From NCBI GenBank assembly GCA_964036045.1, contig OZ038378.1:195796001-195860000 (forward strand): a DNA stretch of 64,000 bases, read 5' to 3'. The position numbers and the translations under genes are program-made. The notes under the pieces were generated by a model, which was not told the origin of the DNA, searched no databases, and worked only from the letters and a program-made list of their open reading frames with translations. This stretch comes from Eutreptiella sp. 'Long Island Sound 2002'. Taxonomy: Eukaryota > Protista > Euglenida. Of the stretch, positions 37,868 to 50,128 are shown in pieces. Position 1 is the stretch's first letter; every line of letters begins with the position of its first letter.

Positions 37868-40800
37868 TCCTCCACAGAATGCGATGAAGCATTGCCCCGT
37901 GACCGCCACACGACCACTGCAGCAACCCCAACAACGTGGATGCCAGACCCGCCCCCTCTTTTCCCGCGCCCGGACAGGCACAGGGCGTCTTGGAACAGGC
38001 AACGACTGTACCCACCGCACCACAGCCTGCCACCCCCATTGCAACGACCCGCTGGTGACCACTGCCATTTGCCCACAAAACGTCGTCAGGGAATCGACAC
38101 CCACTGCGCTTCACCGGACGGGCACGCATCGCACCACGACGCCCCCCGGCGCGTCCTCAGCTCAGCAGCGCTCGGCGTCCAGTAGATGGGGGAAGACTGG
38201 GCCACGAATGCCGGACGCTGGAGGCAAGTGCTGTACAGAACGGGAACGCCGTCGCAGCAGCAGCAGCAGCATGAGGGGTCAGAATACAGGAGAGCGTTGG
38301 TCGATACGGGGGACACTGGGCTCTGGACAGTCACAAAAAACAAGGTGCTCAGAGCCACCTCACATTTGTTGGGGAGCGGACCGCACATGGCAGTGCAGAG
38401 GACACACAGATGCCGCGCCGTTGCAGGTAACATGAGCAGAATGGGGGTCGGAAGGCGCACGTCTGCGGGCGAATGGAGGCCACAGGCAATTCGGGTAGAG
38501 ACCCAGGGTCTGAAGAGGCTGTGGGACGGCGGGAAGGGGCGGCGGCGAGTGCGTGTTGCATGCTGCCCGCAGGGCACACGCCGCGGGCAGAGCAGGCCCA
38601 GAGGGCACGCGGGGTGCTGCGCGGAACACTTTCCCTCTGTCTCCTGACCAGAGCCCCATGACTGAACCGGCAACTGCAGTTCATGACTGGCCGCTTGCCG
38701 TTGGCCATGTGCCAGAGGCTGTTGGCTGACCGCCAGGTCTTGCCGCATTCCTGTGGCCCCGTGTAAATCAACGAGAGTTTTTCACGAAGGAGAGCTCTGC
38801 TTCGCTCTTCTCCTGTTTTCAAAACTGGGACGGCGGCGCCCCGGGGGAGGGGGGGGGGGGTTGGGCGCCCCTTTCTGAGTAGCTGTTTTTTTTTTTCGAC
38901 CTTCTTGCGAAAGGAGCCTGGGGCCGCTTTCGGCTCTTGACAAGCTTTTCTTTCGCTCTTGAGAACTGCATGTGCTGCATGTTGTGCTGACATCCCGCCA
39001 ACCAACACCCACAGCGCACACGTCACCATACGGGGGGGGAGCGGGGGGCTGAAGTGCTTCCATTCGTAATTAGCCCAAAGTTGTCGAACACACCATCTGC
39101 GGCGTGGTTCCAGTGGCATTGTTTGTTCTCAGGAGAGGTCTTGGGAATGGGTCATGTTGCAGCCCCCCACCTCCAGCCACCACCTGGCGCCCCACACTCT
39201 GCAGTGCACCGCCAAGCGTTGGCTGGCGACCATCTGTGGGCACGCCTCCACAAAACGCAACCAAACCGCGCGAAACCGAGATTGCCCAAAGGCAAACTCC
39301 TCCGCCTTTGATGGCTTACCCCCACCCCCAGCCCCACCACGGGATTTGCAGGCTTTGGATGTTCTTTGGATCTTTTGGGCTTTGTCGGTGCTTTATGAGA
39401 CTGAGGGGGAAGACAGGGTATGAACTCCCCCTGGGAACCGCCCCGGGGGGTATTTCTCGGTACAATGTTGTTATCGTACAATGCTTTTACACGCGTACCC
39501 ACCCACCCCGCCCGCCGCCGATGGAATTATTTTTCATATCCATTACATGCTCACATGCCCCCCTCAGCATTAATTATGGGGGCAGGTCCTTCCAGATTCA
39601 GGGAGTACCCATTGGGGCCAGCGCAAATGAACATTCTTCCTGAGCTGCAACTGCAACTTGATCCGTCATTATTGCTTTGAGTCTCTCCATAGTATCATTT
39701 TGACCCAAACCTTGCTTGTGCTTTTGTCATGAATTGAGACAGATATTATACACTGGAGTTGCAATACACATTCGAGACATGTTGGATTGCTTTTTTGGTT
39801 GTCGTGGTTCGGTTGCATTAAGGGAATGAGAGGTAGGGAAAGGGTGGGAAGAGGTGAGGGACCCCAGCCCCCTTTTATCCCAAGGAATTCCCCAAAGGAA
39901 TAGGGTGCAAGACCCCTTTTTCCTGAGAAACAAACCCCCCTTTTCCTAGGAATATGGGGTCGGAAAACCCAGGGAATCCAGAACTACCAAAATTGAGTTT
40001 AGGTGCTTATGGGTCCAATTTCAGCAAGACAAATGGTGCAATGGGTGCTGATTATGCACGAACGACGCACAACAGCATTTCAAGGCTACATTGCCAATTG
40101 CACACATCCTATTTGCCTTCCCTACATTTGGGGGAGTCATCCCGCAATGGTTGTCCTAGGTCACCACATAAGGAAGGCCATCCTTAGCTTAGCAGTAGGA
40201 GATATTTGCGGGCTCAGCAGCGGAGCTTTCTACTTATAACGTTGTTTGCTGCAAATCCATTGAACGTCGCATTTTGAGCAAAGTTTGAATGGGAACCTCA
40301 CAATTGAACGAAATTTGAATGTGATCATGGCCTAAGACCCAACATATTTTCACCCCCTCCGTGTCCGCCCCCCCCATTTGTTCTTCCCAGGGGGATGGGG
40401 GGGTCATTTGGTCAACCCCAAGATTTTGTTGTGGGTCACTGTGTCGTCTCAACGGTCCGTGTGTTGTGAGGCACAGCCACTTGCATCCCCTGAACTTTGG
40501 CAGGACACTTTGAATCACCTTCTCTAAAATGGCACCTGATAGCACGACCATTTACCTCTGGGACAAATGTGATGTTCATCCGCTCTGAAGGGGCCCCTGC
40601 TCTGGCAGAGGTCGTCGGACATTTAGGGCATGGTAATGCATATCGCTGCATCATTTATGACCCTCAAGGCAAGACAGTGCTGCACGACTGTGCATCTGTC
40701 CATTGCCTCTCTCTGCCACGTGTTTGCTCTCCACCCCGCCTTACCCACTCAGAGGCTTCATCCTCTACTCAAGCGGAGCAGCGGGCAGCTGTCAACCGCC

Positions 40801-41879
40801 GCCCGAAACAGTCTCTGCACAGCACGCAACTCCGAAGGTGGGACACTTGACGTTCGCAGGCACCCCTTCAGCCCCATTGACTGTTGAAATTTGCCCGGTG
40901 CGTCTGGCGCGCTAACGTACCCTCCTGGTTTGGTGTCGCTGGTGGTACATCAGGCTGGTTGAGCGTCCGTTGGCTTTCCATCGTCTTACCTCACATGCGG
41001 AACATTTGGCCGCTATTGCCCATCAGAGCAGCTCCATTTCCACTCGGGGCAGCCGGCGTTAGGGTGCTGCGGCCAGGCCTGCGTGTGAAGGAGACCGAGG
41101 CCACCGGGTAGTTTTGCAAACGCTTGTTAAAGTAGTCGGCTGCGGGAGCAGAACTGGTGAGGGAGCAGATGGCGGTTGCCGTATGGCTAGATGGGAAGGC
41201 CATCAGTGCGTGGGAGCAGTCATGTTTTCCAAGGTTCAGCTCAAAAGGGCAAGTGGCGAGCCGAGATGTGGAGTAAAGAATAGTGCCATTTCACCCTGCC
41301 GTGTTGTGAATGGCTTTGCACTCACCTGAGTTCTGCCACAACCACCATGACTAGTGTGTTCTTTGCCCCACCTTGGGGCAAACAAAGAGGGGACAGGCGC
41401 CAACAACGGGAGGTACGCCACTACAATAGGGAAGCTGCGACACACGACCCCGGATAGGAGGGTAGAAGGCCAGGGGAACCAAACATGCGGACGATGCAAC
41501 GACGCTTTGCATACTTGACCGTGGACTTCATGGAAGCATGGTACACAAGTATAGTACGGGCCTGCGAGTGGCAGCTGGCCCGCACGCCAATGCCCAACAT
41601 GACCAGGGGTGAGGTGTGGTACCTCATATGCCCAAGACTCACAATGCCGGTGGTCCGGGTGCGCATCGTGGCCGTTGGTGTGTATACCCCGCAGTGTAGC
41701 TGCCACCCACATGGGGTGTGCTGTACACATGGAGAGTGGCAACCGGTTGTGCACATAGACGGGTACCTACATCTTGGTCTCACGGCCGGGCAGATTGCTG
41801 CCCACTGATCACCTAGCGCACTTAATCGCAGCAGCCTCCCGGAGGCGTTGAGGGGTTCAGCACAAGGCCCAGGCACGCA

Positions 41880-44660
41880 GATCCGACAAAATGCAGCACA
41901 GTGCAGCGCAACGCAAATTAGAACAACATAAGGCAGCACGACACCCAAGCACACCGAGCTGACAGAGGCACACAAATGAGATCAGCGCACAAATCTCGTA
42001 GGTAGGCTCCGGGTGCTTGGATTGGGCCCTACCAATGGGTGGGCAGCCCTATCCAAGCACTTTGGAGGTTCCCCGGACTCGGCCCCGACGGAAAGATTGG
42101 CCCTGCCCGGATAGCCGCGGCTACCATGCCTCATGGAGGCAGCACAGCGCACACCCTAGCGCAGCACGCCAGAGCCGACAGAGGCACACAGCGAAACTTG
42201 TTAGCACACGACAGCACGCAACACACAATATAGTAGAACAAAGCAAAGCGGTGTACCACAACAATGGCGGCGGACGGCCACACCACCCGCCGCAAGCACG
42301 AACACCAGCCCAACACCCAACGCCCAGGGTGGGGCCAGACCTACCACACGGGCACTTCACCCACGCACAGCCACCGCCGCCCACAAATAAGGCACGTGCG
42401 CAAGCCTCAAAGGTAGGCCCTAGGGGCTCGAACTCGGCCCCGCCAATGGGTGGGCGGCCCTATCCAAGCACTTCGGAAGTTACCCGACTCGGCCCCGACG
42501 GGGGGAGCGGCCCTGCCTGGGTAGCCGCAACCGCCACATCTCATGGAGGCAGCGTAGCGCACAATGTGGAGGCAACATAGCACACAACGCAGCGCAGCAG
42601 GTCAGAGCCAGCACAGGCACACAATGAAACTCGCTAGCACACGATAGCACACAACACACAGTACAACAGGGCAAAGCAAAGTAGTGTACCACAACAACAG
42701 TGGCGGACAGCCACACCACCCGCCGTGAGCACCAACACCAGCCCAACACCCAATACCCAGCGTAGGGGCCAGACCCACCACACAGGCACTTCACCCACAC
42801 ACAACCACCACCGCCCACAAACAAGGCACGCACGTGGAGCATCACCAAGAGCCCAAGACCCCACACCCCAACGCCAACACGGCGCCCACCACACACGCAA
42901 CAACCAAGGCCACACTAACACACAACATAGAAGGGATGCTTCCCTGATGCACTCCCGGAGCCATCACCATCCCGACCACACCGGGAGGAGAGGGCAACCC
43001 AAACCTAAGTAAGGGGGTCGCCCCCTGTGGGGGGCTGCCGGCCGGCTACGCGGTTGTCCATTGGGCAGCAACCTAAAACATGTACTGCCCGCGAGTAGCT
43101 AAGTTCTGTCACCGGAGCCTAGTGCAGGGGCCTTGGGCACGCTTATGAGACACAGCGTCCAAACCAGTGGTGGTCACTGCACACGACCAACCAGGGGGTG
43201 GACTCACACGAGTCCCTAGCTCCGAGGCGTGGACAGCCCCGAGTGAAGTCCTCAAACGGGGAGCCCCTCAGCAGCCCAAAAAGCAAGAGAGCAACAACGC
43301 ATCACATTCACCCCACAACAACCCCAACAAACACTAGTGACAGGTCAGTTTGTAGATTTGGAGACATGTGCAAAAGTGCCCGGTGCCCCTAGTACCACCC
43401 AACCGCCAGTGGGACAACCCGACAGCCACAATGGGATGCAAGGAGCGACATGCTGCCCCCCGGCGCCGCACACCAGCAGCGGTGAGCGTGCCAGCAAAAG
43501 AAAAAATAGCCCGAAATTGGGAGGAACACAAGCAGCAAAGCAACTAGGCACAGGGTCGCCCCACACACAACAGTGAGACGAGCCCCAACATGACACACAA
43601 CAATACACAAGGGAACCATGAGGTGCGAGCACTGCAGCAACCACCAAATGCGGCACACGCCGAGCGAGCCATCAGCAAACACCCCCCCCCCCCCCCTCCC
43701 TCTACAAGGTGGCCATGTACTCCACAAGGGCGGGGGCTGCACCCCGCGCGCTAGGAGGTGCCCGCCACGGGGATGGCAACAGGCCCATGACCAGCCAACG
43801 GCGCACGGGACAGTCCACGTCGTACGGAGATGTGAAATCCTTGTACGTGGGGGCAGGCGGGTGGGACAGGAGGGGGTGCACAACAGGGGCACCCAGGAGC
43901 GTCAACAGACAGGGGGAGGAGCAACACAAACGCACAGAACGCGGGAGCCACACCAGGAGGGACAAGGGCGAGCACAACAGACAAGGAGGAGGGGCACAGC
44001 GAGCCTAGAGAGGCAACCAGAACAGCGGGAACAGGGAACCAGAATGGACGGGATGGGTGAGCGTGCGCATGGGAGGCAGCGACAACAAAGGGGATGGCCT
44101 GGCCAGCCAGCCCCGCCGCTACCGGGTGCCAGGACAACCCCTGCTCAACCGGCATCAGGTGGGGGGTGTCTCCCGCAGCCTAGATGGGCTGTTTGCGCAA
44201 CAGGAGCAGGAACCCATTAGGGGCAGACCAGCCGTGAGGGACGTGAGTGGGAAAAGGGCATATGGTGGACGGCCGGCACAGCGCGTGGAGGAACAGGGCA
44301 CCTGGGCCTCACGCACACAGAAACACAGCGAGGCAAGCTATGAACGGCCTGTGGACACAGGCGCATGGACAGCAAAAACAGTAAAACGACCCCAGCAACA
44401 ACCAGCACATCCTCAATACGCCAACTATAGGGCGCCGCTGACGCGCAAACGGCACACCATGCCACATTCAGCACAGCCCCAGCACACCATCTACTGGGCT
44501 CCGCGAACGCGGAAACGACACCAGCAAGAGCACCGGCCGCAGCGGCCGGCAGAAAGCAGCAACCTGACGCAACATGCAAAGGGAAGAACGGGTGACTGTC
44601 AAGGGCCCCGTAAAGGAACAACAACCAGACGGAATGTCACACGGGGGGGGGGGGGGGCGG
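41880..44660 (+). repeat. A/C-rich composite repeat block containing a tandem duplication of about 410-430 bp (42001-42410 and 42411-42850)
   Basis: Both units begin GGTAGGC...CCAATGGGTGGGC.GCCCTATCCAAGCAC and are collinear. Strong A+C strand skew. Confidence 0.8.
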
Positions 44661-46799
44661 CATGCCATGCACATGGCATGCAATTTTTTCAACGATTCCT
44701 ACTCACTGTGCCCTGAAATGTGGTACCATTCTCCCCATTTTGTTGTGTGGTGCATAGTTTGCGAGCAAGAGGTTTGGGATCAAGGTTCCAATTTGTGTTG
44801 GTCATTGTGCTTTGTTGTTGAGGTCCACCAAAGGTGCAGTTCTGAACTTTTCCCGGGGAAGGGGGGTGCCTCTTGCTCTACTGGCATGGTGGTAACCTTC
44901 ATCTCCTGGTGATCTGTAATAGGGGGCCAAGATGGAGGCAACGACCCATCCAGCCCATGGGCTATGCTCTTTAATACAATTTCTTTCCTGAACACCTCTT
45001 ACATGTCGAATGGGCATGAGGTGGTATGTACCCTCCTCTCCTCTCAATTTTCCGCCACTCCTCTCAAGTGTATGCAGTTAGCAGTCCACAGACTTTCACG
45101 CGAGGGCTTTCTCAATACAATGGTGTGGAGGAATCACAGTCTTATGCCATCCACAACTTTTCTTTGGGTGCTGTGTGCAACAGCACAGAGCAATAGGCGC
45201 AAACAGAATGCAGCCACACTGGAATGGATCCTGTTAAGCCCTCATAGCATGTGGATGTACTAGTCGATGCATACAACAGTTCTTCGCTCATAGATTTGGT
45301 GATGGTATGTGGTCCACAAGCCATGGACGACTTCAATAGTTTCTCTGGCTTCATGTCCCATGAATGGAGTGGCTACGTCTGAATTGACATATCAGGGCTG
45401 CAAATGGTTTCATCTCCCTCGCCGTATTCAGAGCTAGCCCCATCCCAATAATGGGGCTTGGGGCCAACCCCTTTCAAATAATAGACCGAAAGATTGGCTA
45501 CATCTCCCATGCTGTGTTGGGTTGGGGCATATTCCAAAATATGGCTCGGAATTGACAATGTCTCGCCTGCCACATTGAGACCTACCTAAAACAGAAAAGG
45601 AATTTCCTAGAAATAAAGGCTCCACAGCACCTTTCAAGCACCCAAACTCCAGACCACCACCACCACGAGCACCACAACTATTACAACGCAACAAACCCTG
45701 GAAGTCCTTTTCAACACAATGGTCAACAGCTTTGGATCTATGAGAATCACAAAGCACATTCCACTACTTGGGACGTGTTGCAAACTCCAGGGAATTTGCA
45801 AATACTCGAGGCAAATCCCACCCCCTCCTTCAAGACCCTACCATTTCCAGGGGCAGTACGCCACAATGCAATAAGCAGTGAGACAACCATTCCACTCTAG
45901 CCCAAGATTGTGGGCATGAAATTCAAAAACGGACATGACGCCCCCCCCCCCCCCAGGGCCCCACCATGTCCAAACAACACATAGGTGTTGCACAGGGAGG
46001 GATCCCTTCCCCCCAAGACCCCCAACCCACACCAATGGTGAACAATAAGGTGCAACCAACCTGGGCACTAGTGGTGCTTGGAAAATTTCTTTGGCCTCTG
46101 TGGCCTAGGGCTCAGAAATCCCTCCCCCCCCTCCCCGATTTTTTCCCATTTCCCCCAATTTCTGGTGAGTGGTAAAAGGGGATTCTGACCCCTCCATTTG
46201 TGTGTATTCAAAAATGCCCCCAATGAAACTGAACCCCACCCCCTCTGGACCCCCGTTCCCATGCCGCGGGGCTTGGGGTCTGGAACCGAACAACCCTCCA
46301 TGACATATTGTTTCCTCATTTTTTGCACCATGGATTTCAGTGGCCTAGTTCTTTTCTCCAGTGAGAGAGTTTGCTTCCTGTGCTGTCTGGTAATGGGGAA
46401 TTTTTGTTAGCTTCTGGGCCGAGGCTATAGTTTAGATAGAATGGGGGGGGGGGGGGTTGGATGTAGCTGGTTTGTTTTGTTATTCACCTTTTGACCTTGA
46501 TGCCCACCAACACACACGGTATGCATGCCACAGCCCCACCCTAGATCCGTGATGGGGACCCCTGACAGGCCATGTGGGAGGTTTGGGGGGGCTCGAGCAG
46601 GGGTACGGGATGCTGTCCCAAATGGTGGACAGAGGTAAGGATGGTCTTCAAGGGGGGGAGGTGCTTGAATTATTGCGTGTGTCCCCGTCAGGGCCCAACC
46701 CACAGCCTAAGGCCCCTGAGGATCGAAAACACAGGTCCAAACAGATTCGCCACCTGTCGCAGCAACTGCAGAGCAAGCGCAAGTTATCAGTGCTATTGC

Positions 46800-46824
46800 A
46801 AAACCCCAAAGCCCCCAAAACCCC
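46800..46824 (+). repeat. Telomere-like (A4C4)3 repeat: AAAACCCC AAAGCCCCC AAAACCCC
   Basis: Read directly from the sequence. It differs from perfect (A4C4)3 by one substitution and one extra C, and ends 21 nt before the GST ATG. Confidence 0.75.
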
Positions 46825-46845
46825 GATTCGCTTCAAGCAATTATT

Positions 46846-47634
46846 ATGACGAACGAGTGGCAATCCTTAAAGCGCATGATCTTGGCTGGGTCTGCGCCCA
46901 AACCCGAAGTGAACAAGGCCCACTTCCGCATGTACGGTCACACGCTGTGCCCGTTTGTGAGCCGTGCGCGGTACGCTTTTGCGCTGAAGAAGATCCCCTT
47001 CCAAGATGTGCAAGTCGACCTGAACGAGAAGGCGCAGTGGCACCTGGACTTCAACAACGGGTTCGTGCCTGTGCTGGAGACCCCAGCTGGCGATCTGATC
47101 AAGGAAAGCGGAGTTGTGGCTCAGTTTGCCCACGATTACAGCAGTGAAGGTTTTGATCTGTGGCCCAAGGACCCCACGCAGGCCGCGTTTATGAGGCTGG
47201 AGATGGCAGCGTTCGATGCAACGCTGGGCAACTTCTTCGCGATTTACATGTCGCGTGGGCTTGACGACGAGACGACGGATCGGTTTGGCTCCACTGGCCT
47301 TGTGCAGTGGGAGAATCTTTGTGCCAAGGCCGAGGGCAAGTGGCTGTTTAAGACCGAGGAGCCCAGCATGCTGGACTGCCACGTCGCCGGCTTCATGGAA
47401 TTGCTGTACCTCTACCAGGACGGCGTGTTCAGCAACTGCACTGACCGTCTGGACCTCAAGAACAAGGCACCAAACGTGCTGGCGTACGTTGAGCGTTTTC
47501 GCGCTCATCCGCTGATCCACGAGCACCGCTTCCGCGAGAAAGCTGCCATCGCACACCAAGTGCGCACCCGTGGCTGGAAAGAGGGCGAAAAGTGCCAGCT
47601 CTCCCTGGAGGTCCTCGAGGGGGCCTTCGACTGA
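46846..47634 (+). CDS. Intronless omega-class-like glutathione S-transferase, 262 aa
   Basis: GST N-domain with active-site LCPF (YGHTLCPFVSRAR), cis-Pro motif GFVPVLE and ES motif (LIKESGVV); C-domain capping motif SMLDCH. Uninterrupted ORF with GC3-biased codons, ending in TGA. Confidence 0.93.
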   Translation: MTNEWQSLKRMILAGSAPKPEVNKAHFRMYGHTLCPFVSRARYAFALKKIPFQDVQVDLNEKAQWHLDFNNGFVPVLETPAGDLIKESGVVAQFAHDYSSEGFDLWPKDPTQAAFMRLEMAAFDATLGNFFAIYMSRGLDDETTDRFGSTGLVQWENLCAKAEGKWLFKTEEPSMLDCHVAGFMELLYLYQDGVFSNCTDRLDLKNKAPNVLAYVERFRAHPLIHEHRFREKAAIAHQVRTRGWKEGEKCQLSLEVLEGAFD

Positions 47635-49129
47635 TCCTCATCCGGAGCCATTCTGATGGATGAAAAGCTTAGGAATGTTGTACGTACTGGGCTTCTATTA
47701 TGAAGCCCACATCTACGACAGATCGAGCGAGAATTGAGTATATACCGCCCCCCCCCCCAGATCGCATGGGGCAATGGGGCAGCACGCAAGTTATGGCGGG
47801 AAGCCACGCTTGAGCGGGTGCTTGTTGCGCTGCGAGCAGTGGACCCAAATGCAGCGCCAGGCAGCGATGGATTTACAGGGCCATTGTACAAAAAGCTCTC
47901 CGAGTTTTTCGCACCACCGATGTTGGACATAATACATAATACAGGAAGTTTCCTCTACGGGTCATCTAGGAAGTGTAGGGCGCCTGCCACATTGGATGTG
48001 CGCCTCAGCTTTGATTGGTACAACAACATGCCACTGTCCTGGGGCTTGCCATTCGAATGGACCACTGGCGTGCGGGGGCACTCGCTCTTACGCACCGCAT
48101 TGCGATTTCGCTAAATACGTCTGTCAGTGGTGCAAGAGCAACCATCCCAAGGCACCGCTGCACGTCGTTGCCCTGTGCCCATCCACTGAGAGCCTCAGGC
48201 AGGCGTTTTTCATCTCCTTTGGGGGCAGAACTCTCCCCCAAGGTGAAACACTGGTTCCAAAACAAAGCTGACCAAGGCCAAAAAACACATTTCATCAGAG
48301 GACTGGTGCCAAAAACCCTGAGGTACGCCCTGCTGTCACCAGCAGCATCAGCAGAACAAAAGAAAGCATTTGAGAAAATCATTCCTTCAGGAGAAAGGCA
48401 CTTACACAAGCCATCACAGAGGCAAAAGACTGGATCATCAAACACCCACTGTCCCCACTACCACAGCCATCCACCCGAAATCCATGGCCTGTGGTAGGCG
48501 CATACAGTACATCCATCACCAGACCATCAAAAATCAGCCCGCCAGATTTTCTGAAAAACCTGCCAGACAAAGTACAGCTCACCCCCGCAAACGAAAATCA
48601 AGACCAGAAGCACCCTCACCCAGCAAACGAAGACACAAGCAGCCGAGCCAGAAACACACAAATAACAAGCCCCCTCCACACACCAGACCCAACACCACTA
48701 CACTTTTTCTGACCCACCCCCCCCCAGGACCCCCCTCACAAACACAACAGGGGAAGAGACAGCACAGTCCAGACCCCACCAGGAGCACAGACGGACCCAC
48801 AGTGTGTACACTAACCCAATCTGAGGTGCAGGATGCGTGCTACAGTGAATTTCAGCACTGAGCACCCGCACACAGTACCAGTCCTTGCCAGCACAAAAGT
48901 CGCGTTCCTTTGACAGGTGCAACATGAATCAGGCAGTTGTGTATGTTATTGCATGCAGGCCACGTGCGGTTTAATGTAGTGGCAGCAACCCAAAGCCTGG
49001 GCAACTCGGAAACACTGCAAGGTTTTCCGATTTGCAAAAAGGGCCCAAGGGTGAGCCACAATACAAGTGTACATACGGCAAACGACTCGCATTGCACAGT
49101 GAATGGTGTTCGAATTGATGGGGAATGCA

Positions 49130-49308
49130 ACCCAAAAATTGCAATGAAGCAAAAAAAAGGGTGCCTGCCAGCTGAGTGGTGCCACAGCATGACCAGGTGT
49201 GTGCCTAAGAGCCAAGGCAGCATTTCCGTGAACAATCATAGGACCGTTACTCTGCTCAATTGCAAAAATCAAATGGCTTATAAGCGTGTTGAAACTGGCG
49301 TTGGATAA
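49130..49308 (+). mobile_element. LINE reverse transcriptase N-terminal fragment
   Basis: KKGCLPAEWCHSMTRCVPKSQGSISVNNHRTVTLLNCKNQ matches the non-LTR RT pattern GxxPxxW...IPK...NYRPIxLLN. Confidence 0.75.
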
Positions 49309-49457
49309 CTTGGTTGCGCTTTTTTCCCATCGCCACAGACGAGGTGTGTGAAAGGGCAACAAGGGCAACAGTTTTGCTGGCCCCCAGGGGAAAGGCAAAG
49401 GGCCACACCCCTTGGTACAGGGCTTCACCGCTTGCCCAAGGGGGCCGCCCTCCGGTT

Positions 49458-50128
49458 CAGACCTGTGGTTATAGCCGTGCGGTCTAATGAGGTGCAAGCG
49501 TGCGCAGCCGTGCAGAGGTTATGGTTGCAAGCGTGCGTAGCCGTGCGTCCCCGATGTGCGCAACCGTGCGCAACCTTGTAAGAAAACATTTTTGACCGGA
49601 GAGCCCCTTAGGTGCCGGCCGCGTCCGATGATGGTGTTTATTTGTGTGATGTGCCAGACGTACCGGTACCCAGTATGGAACAAAATTTGTCCGAGGAAAC
49701 CAAAACTGGCAACCAGGAGGGTGACTTCTTATCGTGGCTGGCGAAGTATAAGCCGCAATTGGCAGTTTATGAAGTTCGGTTGCGCCGTGATGGATGGGAT
49801 ACATTACAATCTTTGAGACTTCTTACTCCTGATGACATGGCTGACATGAACATACTCCCTGGACATCGCCGTTTGTTGGTGGACGCGTTGAAGGATTTGT
49901 AATGACTGGTGCTTGACCTGGTGGGGCGCTGACGTACAAATGTTAGCCCGGAACTGACCGGGGGGTCTTGGTAAACAAACAGTACCCTTAAACAGAAATA
50001 CCACCAGCACCAGTAAGGCAACCGTGCGCAACCGTGCGAAGGAATCAGGCGCAAGCGTGCGTAACCGTGCGGCCCCGATGTGCGCAAGCGTGCGTAACCG
50101 TGCGCGCACGGCTATAACCACAGGTCTG
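49458..50128. mobile_element. Non-autonomous hAT-type DNA transposon (671 bp) carrying an ORF
   Basis: Perfect 24-bp TIR CAGACCTGTGGTTATAGCCGTGCG (49458-49481 and 50105-50128). Perfect 8-bp TSD CTCCGGTT (49450-49457 and 50129-50136). Subterminal GCAAGCGTGCG/GCAACCGTGCG motif arrays at both ends. Confidence 0.92.
49675..49902 (+). CDS. 75-aa SAM (sterile alpha motif) domain ORF inside the hAT element
   Basis: FLSWLAKYKPQLAVYEVRLRRDGWDTLQSLRLLTPDDMADMNILPGHRRLLVDALKDL fits the SAM pattern WL...L..Y...(F/L)...G.D.L..L..LT.DD...M.I..GH...L..AL..L. ATG at 49675 follows CAG-T; stop TAA. Confidence 0.8.
   Translation: MEQNLSEETKTGNQEGDFLSWLAKYKPQLAVYEVRLRRDGWDTLQSLRLLTPDDMADMNILPGHRRLLVDALKDL

Larger units (their letters stand above)
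46560..48480 (+). mobile_element. Decayed, internally deleted L1/Tx1-like non-LTR retrotransposon ORF2, interrupted by the GST cassette
   Basis: Motifs appear in the expected order. Upstream of the GST: WW motif (PKWWTEVRMVFK) and EDRKHRSKQIRHL...KRKLSVL (resembles GDRNTKFFH...NxIxxL). Downstream: SSGAILMD, YWASIMK, APGSDGFTGPLYKKL (PGPDGF) and the C-terminal zinc knuckle CQWCKSNHPKAPLHVVALCP. Frameshifts are present. Confidence 0.75.

Noticed and set aside
38280-38345. Aspartic protease motif ALVDTG
   Set aside because: Isolated hexapeptide in a low-complexity ORF with no supporting downstream motif.
44700-45900. LINE endonuclease region
   Set aside because: A TDH motif on the minus strand and a DDFN motif on the plus strand conflict, so strand and identity cannot be fixed.
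46867-47559. 230-aa antisense ORF overlapping the GST
   Set aside because: Typical shadow ORF of a GC3-biased gene.
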